DNA of 64,000 nucleotides from positions 32,001 to 96,000 of the IMG/VR virus record IMGVR_UViG_3300033233_000010; one strand, written 5' to 3'. How positions within the stretch are numbered: position 1 is the stretch's first letter; the number at the start of each line of letters is the position of its first letter. This DNA comes from a virus. Under the pieces are notes generated by a model. It saw only the letters and a program-made list of their open reading frames with translations. It was not told the DNA's origin and did not search any database. Of this stretch, positions 16,963 through 25,424 are shown one piece after another. A program made the translations under genes and the position numbers.

Positions 16963-18692
16963 CGTTCTCCTCGTAGTACGGCAGCGCCGACGCCCGATCC
17001 GCGAAGCACCCTAGCGCTGGGGGTGTCCAGGTCTTCCTTCACCGAGATGTCGAAAGCCGGAAGCGTGGCGGTGCCATGCGAGGCGTTGTTGAACTGCCCC
17101 GGCTCCGCTTCGGCTGGCGACCGCAGCTTGTTGCCGAGCCCCCTGAGCACCCGACCGATGCGCTCACCCTTGGGCTTCGGGATTGTGTCCTCGGAGAACA
17201 CGTCGGCGAGCGTGTGGTGCTGCTCGGTGTGCTCCTCGGGGAGTCCGGCGAGCTTGCGACCGTGCTTATGCGCGGCGGCGAACGCCGCATCTCCCTTTGC
17301 CCTGTCGGGGTGCTGGAGGACACTCTTCCAGTCGCCAGCCGCCATGTGCTTGAAGAGGTCGCCGAAGTGGGGATCGTCGTGGGCTTGCTTGGCAAGCTCC
17401 GCGGCTCCGGCTTGGGCGTGCTCGGTGGAAGTACGGTTCTTCGGATCGGACTTCTCCGCCTTCACCTTCGCCATGATCTTGTCCATCATCCCCTGGATCG
17501 GCGACTTCGGCTTGGCCGCGGCCTGCGCCGCCATCTTCGCGTGTTGAGCGGCCAACTTCGCCTCGCGCTCAGCCGCGGCCTTTTCAGCGGCCTCCTTCTT
17601 CGCCTTCTCTTGCCCTTCCTTCTTCGCCTTCTCCTCCGGGGTATCGGGCTGGTCGAGATCGAGCTTGGAGAAGCGCTTCCAGATGTGCGAGTCGACGCCG
17701 GGGGGCACGGGCTTCTCACCGGACTTCGCCGGTTCGGCTGCGGCAGATGCAGCCTTGGGCGCGGGTCCTGCCGTGGGCTCCGGCTTGGCGTCCGCGTTGT
17801 GGATCGGGTGATCAGGCGCGTGCCCCATCGAGCGAGGCACGCCGAAGACCATCTTCCAGCCTTCGGGGAGATGCCCCTTCGTCTTGAGCTGCGCGAGCGC
17901 CGTCGACTGCTCCGACGTGAGCTTCTTGGTGGGGTCGATGTGGTCCGAGTGCGGCGAGCCGGAACCGTAGTGGATGTTCAGGCTGTGACCTGGCTTCACG
18001 TCGAGGTGCCCGATGCCCTTCATCGCGATGGAGTGAAGCACGGGGCCGGGCGTGACCTTGCCCCAGTCGGCCTCGTGCTTCTCCTTGTGGCCCTTCGTCT
18101 GTTGGCTGACCCAGGCTTCGAGATCCTTGTGGACCTTGTGCTGAGGGGACTTGACCGCGTGCTTCGTGTCAGGGTTGCTGCTGCTCGGCTTGCCATGCTT
18201 GACGACGTGATGCACAGCCGCCTTCACCGGCTCCGGCAGATCCTTGAAGTTCTGGTGCTTGGTGAGGTCGTGGATCGTCGGCGTGCCCTCGAAGTTCTCC
18301 ACGACTGGGCGCAGAGCGCGACGGGCGTCCTCGTCGGCGAGCTGGGCGATGTCGGCGATGGTAAGCGCCGGCTTGTCGGACACGCCCGTCCCGAGGGAGA
18401 GCGTGGGGCGCGTGTTCTCGCGCTCGGCGATCTGTCGCTCCAGCTGACCGATGTCGATCATCGCGGGACGGCTCATGATCGCGGAGGCGAGGCGCATCGC
18501 CTGGGGACACGCTGGAGCATCGGCGCCGGAGTCCTCTTGCAACGGGCGGGGCTCCGTCTCGGGCTCCGGCGTCGGCTCCTGCTCCAGCGCCGGGAACATG
18601 GCGGAGGTGAGAGAGGCGCCAGGCCCGCCGTTACGAACCCGGTGATTGGCGGGATCGTTCGGGTCCCACTTCTTCTTGCCGTCCTTGCTCAT
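16959..18692 (-). CDS. Putative virion protein, His/Lys-rich paralog
   Basis: Start ATG 18692 (MSKDGKKKWDPNDPANHRVR) after GAGGG; ATGA overlap with the paralog. Confidence 0.8.
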   Translation of the reverse strand: MSKDGKKKWDPNDPANHRVRNGGPGASLTSAMFPALEQEPTPEPETEPRPLQEDSGADAPACPQAMRLASAIMSRPAMIDIGQLERQIAERENTRPTLSLGTGVSDKPALTIADIAQLADEDARRALRPVVENFEGTPTIHDLTKHQNFKDLPEPVKAAVHHVVKHGKPSSSNPDTKHAVKSPQHKVHKDLEAWVSQQTKGHKEKHEADWGKVTPGPVLHSIAMKGIGHLDVKPGHSLNIHYGSGSPHSDHIDPTKKLTSEQSTALAQLKTKGHLPEGWKMVFGVPRSMGHAPDHPIHNADAKPEPTAGPAPKAASAAAEPAKSGEKPVPPGVDSHIWKRFSKLDLDQPDTPEEKAKKEGQEKAKKEAAEKAAAEREAKLAAQHAKMAAQAAAKPKSPIQGMMDKIMAKVKAEKSDPKNRTSTEHAQAGAAELAKQAHDDPHFGDLFKHMAAGDWKSVLQHPDRAKGDAAFAAAHKHGRKLAGLPEEHTEQHHTLADVFSEDTIPKPKGERIGRVLRGLGNKLRSPAEAEPGQFNNASHGTATLPAFDISVKEDLDTPSARVLRGSGVGAAVLRGER

Positions 18693-18809
18693 CGGGGTCC
18701 CTCGGTTGCCGTCTCGGGCTCTAGACGAACTGGAATAGGGTAGCACCTAAGAGTCTACCCCTAAAGCCCGTTCGATGCCTAGCGTCCGCCGACGACCCAT
18801 CGGCCCAGT

Positions 18810-19193
18810 TCAGTTCGGTCCGGTTCCGGCAACGGCCCGAGCCATGTCCTCGCGCGTTCGCTTGCTCGGGCCGAAGTAGAACGCCTTGGCGCCGAACAGA
18901 CGAACGGCGTAGTAGTACCGCCACGCCGCGAACCTGTAGAACAGGCGCTTGAACCAGGTGCTCTGCCTACGCGCGTGTTCAGCCATCGCCTTGTGGAACC
19001 GCCGGTCGGCATCGTAGCGATCACGCTTCGTGCAGCCGAGCCAGTAGTCGAAATCGTGAGTCTCACATGGACAACCGAAAACCAGATCTGGAATTATCCA
19101 TGAGATGCCTCTAGGTCCGCACCCGTTACATACCGCCTTCCGTTCGGCTGGCGTAAGGTCTTCAAACCGTAAGGGACGAGCCGGAGTGGTCAC
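18810..19193 (-). CDS. Phospholipase A2-like protein (chimeric: cassette-supplied N-terminus)
   Basis: CNGCG…CETHDFDY…DADRRF, a PLA2-type His-Asp layout; GTG overlaps the endonuclease TGA. Confidence 0.7.
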   Translation of the reverse strand: MTTPARPLRFEDLTPAERKAVCNGCGPRGISWIIPDLVFGCPCETHDFDYWLGCTKRDRYDADRRFHKAMAEHARRQSTWFKRLFYRFAAWRYYYAVRLFGAKAFYFGPSKRTREDMARAVAGTGPN

Positions 19194-20032
19194 TTGATTA
19201 CCCTTGCGATCTTCCAACCGTGATGAGCTATCTTACGCCCATGCACAACCTCGTAGAACCCCCATTCACCCATTCCGCGCTCGCGGCAAAAGACCTTGAG
19301 GTTGTCAGTCTCGAAGACAGTCCCGCTCGGATCGGTGATCGTGTAGCGAAACGTGCAGTGCGCCTCGCTGATCTTACGCCGATGTTCGGGCGTCTTTGGT
19401 TTTCCCGTGTGCAGGCAGCGTAGACGCTCGACTTCCTTTAGCGAAAGACGACGACCCAGGTGCGTCGCGCTAATCTTTGCCCGCGCCTCCGGCGAGTGTG
19501 TCTGGCCCCACATCGAGTTCTTCTTGCCGAGCTTGCACACCCGCATCTTCCTGATAGAGGCTGAGCGATGGCGTCTGCCGAAACCGCCGAGACCTCCCGG
19601 TGTGCAGTTGTAACCGTTCTGAATAGATGCCAGCCTGGCGATCCAGTGCCGCTCGGCGGTATCAAGTTCGGCTTGGTTAGAACACGCAGCCACCACTGAC
19701 ACTGTAAACGCGGTCCAACCATACTTGGCTATTGCGCACGCCAGCTTAGGCTGTCTTCGGCAATGACCTCTTCGGTAATTGTCCAGGCGATGCGCTAGAT
19801 CAACCGTCTGCCCGACATAGACACGACCACTCGGGCTACGAAGACAATAGACGACGCCGAAGTGGTCGCACGCAGACTCAAAGACGAAATTCGATACGCT
19901 GCTCTCGATACTCAAACACGGACACCCGAAGATCAGATCGGGGATGATCCACGAGACGCCCTTGGGACCGCAGCCGTTCGAGACAGCTGCGATCTCTTGC
20001 TTGGTCAGGACTTCCCAGGTGATCGAGGTCAC
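19190..20032 (-). mobile_element. GIY-YIG homing endonuclease with NUMOD3-like repeats, fused in-frame to the original 39-aa PLA2 N-terminus
   Basis: GVVYCL…VYVGQT, ERHWI, GYNCTPGG, HSPEARAKIS, KTPEHRRKIS; first 39 aa duplicate the PLA2-like N-terminus. Confidence 0.85.
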
Positions 20033-20035
20033 GCG

Positions 20036-20347
20036 CTAGTCCGTGAAGCGGTACGAGAAGCTCTGGTGCCCGGCGTCCTTGACCTTTACGGTGACGGACC
20101 CATCGCCCTTGGTGCCGAAGCTCGGTCCGAGCGTGAGGACGAGTTTGCCGTTGGCGTCGAGCACCCCATCCACCGGAGAAATGTACATGGGCGCTGTGGT
20201 CTCCAGCGTGACCTTCTTGCCCGCCCCCGCCGTGCCGTTCTTGTGCTCGATGGTGAGCTTCTGCAACGAGGACTGATCGCCCTTGACGAGAACGGGTGCG
20301 CCGCTCTCGATGGCGGTGTTGTCTTTCTTGACGACGAAGCCAGCCAT
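20036..20347 (-). CDS. Ig-like structural protein
   Basis: All-beta pattern, GVLDANGKLVLTL; similar to the C-terminus of 20360..20911. Confidence 0.65.
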   Translation of the reverse strand: MAGFVVKKDNTAIESGAPVLVKGDQSSLQKLTIEHKNGTAGAGKKVTLETTAPMYISPVDGVLDANGKLVLTLGPSFGTKGDGSVTVKVKDAGHQSFSYRFTD

Positions 20348-20359
20348 GATCGTTCCTTC

Positions 20360-20911
20360 CTAGTTCCAGTTCGCGGTGATGTGGCGCTGCGGGAGCTTGT
20401 CCGACGTGATGATGAGATCGCAAGTGCCACGTTCGAGCGAAGATCCGACCGTGAACTCCAGCTTGCCGTTCGCGTCGAACGCGCCACCCGTCTTGCTGAT
20501 CGGCATCCGGGGGGCGATGATCTTCACCACCTCGCCGTGGCCGTCCGAGTCGTTGCCGTTCCCGTCCTTGAACTTGAGCGTGATCGTCGTGGCCGAGTCC
20601 AGGCCCGCGTTCTTGTCGATCGTACCGGGCTCTCCGATGTCCGTGGTCCCGCCGTCGATGGTCACGATGAAGCTCTCCGCGACACGGTCCACGAGCCCAT
20701 CGAGCACGGCCTTCTCGTCCGTGTCGAGGTCACGAACGCCCGTGACGATGACGTTCGTCTCGTCGGAGTTGAAACCGCTCTGGTCCCAGAACGTCGGGAG
20801 CGCCGCTTCGACGAGGGCGGACAGGTGATCGCTCATCTGTCCGGTGAAACCGCCTCCGCAGCCCGGGATGTTGGCAACCGGGTAGACGTACGGTTGAGCG
20901 ACGGTGGTCAT
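20360..20911 (-). CDS. Structural protein with Ig-like C-terminal domain
   Basis: AGGAGG RBS; GAFDANGKLEFTV. Confidence 0.7.
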   Translation of the reverse strand: MTTVAQPYVYPVANIPGCGGGFTGQMSDHLSALVEAALPTFWDQSGFNSDETNVIVTGVRDLDTDEKAVLDGLVDRVAESFIVTIDGGTTDIGEPGTIDKNAGLDSATTITLKFKDGNGNDSDGHGEVVKIIAPRMPISKTGGAFDANGKLEFTVGSSLERGTCDLIITSDKLPQRHITANWN

Positions 20912-20928
20912 GGGTCCTCCTTTTCCTT

Positions 20929-21052
20929 CGAGCGCTCAGCTTGCGCTCGGGCAGAGTCATCTTCGGACCAAGGGTGTCAAACTGCCCATAGAAATCCGAA
21001 GCCAGACCGGTCTTGTCGCTCGCAAGACCTTACGTGGTTCCGAAGATACGAC
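20929..21052 (-). other. Candidate structured RNA leader (multi-stem)
   Basis: ~15-bp imperfect outer stem (21035-21052/20956-20970), 7-bp inner hairpin (21009-21029), 7-bp hairpin (20929-20949) just before the RBS. Confidence 0.45.
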
Positions 21053-21586
21053 CTAAGAAGTCATACCGCGCGCGTCGCGCAGCGTGGTGTCGGGAATCGA
21101 AGCGTCAAACTGCGCGAAGTCCCACGTCACCTTCGGGGGAGCGTCCGACGCGAGGATCTCATCCTTGGTCGTGTAGTAGTAAGCGAGGATCGAGTCGATC
21201 CAACCGAGTGCCTTCTCGATGTATGCGGCGCGGTCTGTGTAGCCCTTGGCGAGCGCCTGTGACCAGAGGGCGAGGAGGCTCGCCTGCGACCCCTCATCGT
21301 AGACGCCGAAAATGTACGCCTTGCACGCGGCACGTAGCTCGCCGATCCGGGCCTCGCGTGCTTCGGGGAGAACGTCATGGGCGTCGATGAGGCTTCCGAT
21401 GAGCGCAATCTCATCAGCGGTCGCGTCGTCTGGCAGATGGACGATTGTTCGTGCCTTGTCGTCCACGCCTTCCGGGTCGCCCGAAACGCCAAAGAAGCGA
21501 CCCTTGCCGCCCTTCGCGAGCTGCGCCGCGATCTCCGCGTCGAGCTTCCCCGTGTCGGTGATCTTGGCGAACTTGAGGTCGATCAT
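21053..21586 (-). CDS. Tail-fibre-associated (assembly/chaperone-like) protein
   Basis: Directly downstream of the fibre gene; helical C-terminal domain as in fibre-assembly proteins. Confidence 0.55.
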   Translation of the reverse strand: MIDLKFAKITDTGKLDAEIAAQLAKGGKGRFFGVSGDPEGVDDKARTIVHLPDDATADEIALIGSLIDAHDVLPEAREARIGELRAACKAYIFGVYDEGSQASLLALWSQALAKGYTDRAAYIEKALGWIDSILAYYYTTKDEILASDAPPKVTWDFAQFDASIPDTTLRDARGMTS

Positions 21587-21587
21587 C

Positions 21588-24500
21588 TTAGGCCACCAGC
21601 TTGAGCAGAATGAGAGACCGGTTAAGCATCGAGCCGGTGCCAGCCGATACGCGCCAGCGTCCTTCTACTGCACCGACTCCAGTTGTCGTAATGACCGCGC
21701 ACGTCATAAACGGGGTGCGGTAGTTCGCGTTGTGCTCGTCTGAGCCCGCTTCCGTTCCCGAAACCTGTGAGCCGTTGAACCAAATGCTCACCGTGCTCAG
21801 AGCCGTGGCTGTCGAGTTGCCGTAACCACCGCGGAAAATCGCCAGCCAGACCCCCGCCGTGGGGGTGTCGGTCATGCTCGTCGCGAGCACGTCCGTCGTG
21901 CTTGCCGTCGTGATCGTGCCTGTGGCAACGACCGGAGTACGGGCGCGAGGCGGAGTCGCCGTCCCTATGGCTCGCCAGCGCGAGGACGTGTTGTCGTAGA
22001 GAAGCACGACGCACGCCGAGGGGGCGAGGTTGATGTCCGCACTGTCGAACGTGAAACGGTTCGCCGCCGTGGACGACGCGCTCTCGTGCAGTAGTGAGAT
22101 GACGAAGCTCCCTGTGTTGACAATGACGAGCATGCGCCCGTCTGCGCCTGTCGCGATGCCCGTAATGTTTCGGGCCGCGTCGGTGTTGATTCGGAGCAGC
22201 ACGACGTTCGAGAGCCCAGTCGGGGAATAGTCGTTCTGGTTCGCCGTGATCTGCGCCGGGGAAAGCGTGCCGTTGAGCGAGAACGCCCCCGAGGCGCGTT
22301 CGACGGTGTTCGAGGCGTTGCGCCACCGCGACGACGTGCCGTCGTAGGCGAGCGTGATCGAGTGCCCAGGGCCGAGCACCACGTCAAGAGAGGCGAACGA
22401 GAAGCGGTTCGCCGCCGTGGACGAAGCCGACTCGTGCGAGAGCGTGATCGGGAATGAGCCCACGTTCTCGATGACGAGAATGCGACCTGTGGCGCCGCCC
22501 TGGAGGCCGGTGACCGTGCGCGCGGCGTCCGAGTTGATGCGCATGGTGTTCGCCGTCGAAAGGCTCGCAGGGTTGTAGTCGTTCTGGTCGGCGGTAATCT
22601 GCGCTGGACTGAGGATACCGGCAAGCGCGAAGGCGATGCTCGATTGTTTGACGGTCGGATTGGCGAATGTTCCCGACAGGTCTCCGCCCGCCGCGCCCGT
22701 TGGAGTGCGCGCGTCGGACAGACGCGCATCGTCACCCTGACAGAACGTGCCAGTAGCCGAGCCGAACGCCGCCAGCGCGTGTACGTGGTCTGCACGAGAC
22801 AGCGAAGTCGATGTTCCCTCAGCGTTAGCTGAGCCAGGCGGGTTTGCTGCCGCCGCTGCGGTAGTAATATCGTGCTTGTGGTCGGCTCTCGCAGGCTCCC
22901 CGCTTGTGCCGATAGCCGCAGCCGCTTTCGTGACGTTGGCTGGCGCGGTGTTCGACTGGTGGGCGTGATCGGATCGGGCAAGCGTCGTCGCGGTTCCTTC
23001 GGCGGATGCGGTAGCCACACCCGTCGCAGCCGGAGCCGCTGTGGTCACATCGTGCTTGTGATCGGCCCTGGCCGGCTCTCCGCTCGTACCAATGGCGGCA
23101 GCGGCCTTGGTTACGTTTGCGGGCGCGGTGTTGGACTGGTGGGCGTGGTCGCTGCGGGCAAGGGTCGAAGCCGTGCCCTCCGCAGAAGCGGTCGCGACGC
23201 CGGTAGCGCCGGGGGCAGCGGTCGCCTGGCGCGAGGCAGAAACAGCACGCCACCTAGTAGAAGTGCTGTCGTAGTGAAGTATGACGCACTCATCGGTCTG
23301 AAGTACTAGGTTGGCGGCGTCGGTAAGCGCGAATCGGTTTGCTGCGGTGGACCCAGCGCCCTCGTCGGTCAGAGTGATGGGAAACGAACCGACGTTATGG
23401 ATCGCGACGACGCGACCAGACGAACCGGTAGTCAGGCCGGTGATGCTGAATCCGGGTGTAGAAGCTGAGAGACGCAAGAACGAGGCGGTGGCAATCCCGG
23501 TGGGGGCGTAGTCGTTCGTGTTGGCTGCAATGGTCGTCGGCGTGATGACTCCGTCGATCGCCAACGTTGCCGCGAAGACGCCTCTGTTGTTGTCCGCGAC
23601 GAGCGCGCCAGCGACACGATAGCCGCCGAACTGCGTGTTGTAGTCCTGCTGCCTGAGACCGCTCGCGGCCCATTGGTTGTCCATGCCATGAACAAAACCT
23701 CTGGCGGCGAGCGTAGCTGCGTAGGTCGCGCCGAGAGACCACTGACCGTCGTCGGCGTGGACCTCCGCGAAAGTGAGCGTCCCATCCTGGTCCTCGATGT
23801 GAAGCAGGATGTCGCCCTCGGCTTCACCAGCCGAAATGAAGACGCCGTTGCCGGATGGGCCGCCTCGAAAGGCCGCAAAGTAACCGGCTGGAATCGGACG
23901 CGTAGCGTCTGCCGGCCCCACACGGAGCCGCGAGCATGCCGAGATGGTGGAGGCTCCGAAAACTCGCCATCGGCTCGACGTGGAGTCGTAACGGATGATG
24001 CAGCCGTCTTCGGGGTTGAGCGTCAGGTCCGTCCCGTCTTGGAGCGAGAAGCGGTTTGCTGCGGTAGATCCCGCACCCTCGTCGGTCAACGTGATGGGAA
24101 ACGAGCCGACGTTGGTCAGAACGAGCAATCGACCGTCTGCGCCGCCCGTGATCCCCGTGATGCTGAACCCAGGTGTCGAGGCGCTAAGACGTAGCGTGTT
24201 CGCCGTGCTCAGGCCAGTCGGGGTGTAGTCGTTCTGGTCAGCGCCGATGGTCGTGGGGGAGATGATGCCGGTGAGCGCGAACGTGGTCGAAGACTGGAGC
24301 ACGAGAGGGCCGGGGTACGTTCCGCCGAGATCCTGCGAGGCTGGTCCCGATGGCGATCCGCCGCTCCCGCCACCTGAGATCGCACGCCAGCGCGAAGTAG
24401 TGCTGTCGTACTGAAGGAGCGCAACCGAATCGGGAGACATGCTCATGTCGGCGGTGAGCGCAAAGCGGTTTGCCGCCGTCGAGCCCGCATCCTCATCCTT

Positions 24501-25424
24501 GAGCGTGATCGCGAACGAGCCGATGTTGTGAACGACCAGAATTCGACCGCTTGCCCCTCCCGCCAGTCCGGTGATATTGAACGCACCCGATGACGTGAGC
24601 CGCAGGACGGCGGCGGTCGAGAGGCTGGCCGGGTTGTAGTCGTTCTGATTCGCACCGATAGAAGCCGGACTGAGCACACCGGTAAGCGCAAAAGCGATAC
24701 TGCTTTGTGCAACTGTGGGGTTAGCGAAGGTTCCGCTGAGATCACCGCCCGCCGCTCCCGTCGGAGTACGCGCATCCGAAAGCCGAGAGTCGGTACCCTG
24801 ACAGACCGTGCTCGTCGTCGTCCCGTATGGGTCGTCTGCTCCGATCGCCCGCCACCGAGCCGACGTGGCGTCGTACTGGAGTGAGATCGTCTTGTTCGGC
24901 GTGAGGATGAAGCTCGCCGCTCCGCGGAGCGAGAATCTATTCGCCGCTGTGCTGTTCGTGTCCGAGTCAGTCAGCGTGATGTTGAACGATCCGACGTTGT
25001 GGACTTGGACCAGCCGTCCGGTTGCGCCTGCCGCGAGGCCCGTAACGTTTACCGCCGTCGAAGCTGCGATGCGGAGAAGCCCGGCGTTGCCGAAGCCAGT
25101 CGGGTTGTAGTTGTTCTGGCTGCTGCCGATCGTGGGCGGCGTGAGCACCACGTTGCCGGCGTTGTTGGCCGCCTCCGTGGGCGGGGTCGGATTGTGCGCG
25201 GCGATAAGACCACCGGCGGGGTTGCTCGTGTCGTTATCGAGCGTCGTCTTATCCCCGGCGGAGAGGGCGCTGACGAAGGTGATCGAGAGCACGTCGCCGT
25301 TGCGCGAGATGTCCTGAAGCGCCGTTGCGATGGAAGACGCTCTGATCTCGATGACGAGATTGTCCTCGAAACATCCGCCGGACGGGAAGTCGGTCGTGAT
25401 CTGATAGGTATAGCTCTGGGCCAC
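21588..25424 (-). CDS. Long tail fibre / receptor-binding protein with repeated domains
   Basis: Six copies of a ~95-aa domain (QNDY.P…LRL…ITG..GG..GR…NxGSF.ITL..E…S.AANRF…YD.TSSRWR) and DH.H motifs; GTG overlaps the upstream TAG. Confidence 0.85.
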   Translation of the reverse strand: MAQSYTYQITTDFPSGGCFEDNLVIEIRASSIATALQDISRNGDVLSITFVSALSAGDKTTLDNDTSNPAGGLIAAHNPTPPTEAANNAGNVVLTPPTIGSSQNNYNPTGFGNAGLLRIAASTAVNVTGLAAGATGRLVQVHNVGSFNITLTDSDTNSTAANRFSLRGAASFILTPNKTISLQYDATSARWRAIGADDPYGTTTSTVCQGTDSRLSDARTPTGAAGGDLSGTFANPTVAQSSIAFALTGVLSPASIGANQNDYNPASLSTAAVLRLTSSGAFNITGLAGGASGRILVVHNIGSFAITLKDEDAGSTAANRFALTADMSMSPDSVALLQYDSTTSRWRAISGGGSGGSPSGPASQDLGGTYPGPLVLQSSTTFALTGIISPTTIGADQNDYTPTGLSTANTLRLSASTPGFSITGITGGADGRLLVLTNVGSFPITLTDEGAGSTAANRFSLQDGTDLTLNPEDGCIIRYDSTSSRWRVFGASTISACSRLRVGPADATRPIPAGYFAAFRGGPSGNGVFISAGEAEGDILLHIEDQDGTLTFAEVHADDGQWSLGATYAATLAARGFVHGMDNQWAASGLRQQDYNTQFGGYRVAGALVADNNRGVFAATLAIDGVITPTTIAANTNDYAPTGIATASFLRLSASTPGFSITGLTTGSSGRVVAIHNVGSFPITLTDEGAGSTAANRFALTDAANLVLQTDECVILHYDSTSTRWRAVSASRQATAAPGATGVATASAEGTASTLARSDHAHQSNTAPANVTKAAAAIGTSGEPARADHKHDVTTAAPAATGVATASAEGTATTLARSDHAHQSNTAPANVTKAAAAIGTSGEPARADHKHDITTAAAAANPPGSANAEGTSTSLSRADHVHALAAFGSATGTFCQGDDARLSDARTPTGAAGGDLSGTFANPTVKQSSIAFALAGILSPAQITADQNDYNPASLSTANTMRINSDAARTVTGLQGGATGRILVIENVGSFPITLSHESASSTAANRFSFASLDVVLGPGHSITLAYDGTSSRWRNASNTVERASGAFSLNGTLSPAQITANQNDYSPTGLSNVVLLRINTDAARNITGIATGADGRMLVIVNTGSFVISLLHESASSTAANRFTFDSADINLAPSACVVLLYDNTSSRWRAIGTATPPRARTPVVATGTITTASTTDVLATSMTDTPTAGVWLAIFRGGYGNSTATALSTVSIWFNGSQVSGTEAGSDEHNANYRTPFMTCAVITTTGVGAVEGRWRVSAGTGSMLNRSLILLKLVA
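22860..23219 (-). repeat. Tandem 180-nt (60-aa) repeat in the tail fibre
   Basis: Units 23040-23219 and 22860-23039 are 57/60 aa identical. Confidence 0.9.

Noticed and set aside
18712-18785. Nested palindromes upstream of the 18692 gene as a pseudoknotted ribozyme
   Set aside because: The GGGCU/AGCCC pairing is sterically incompatible with the outer stem, and there are no ribozyme consensus nucleotides; it overlaps a promoter-like element
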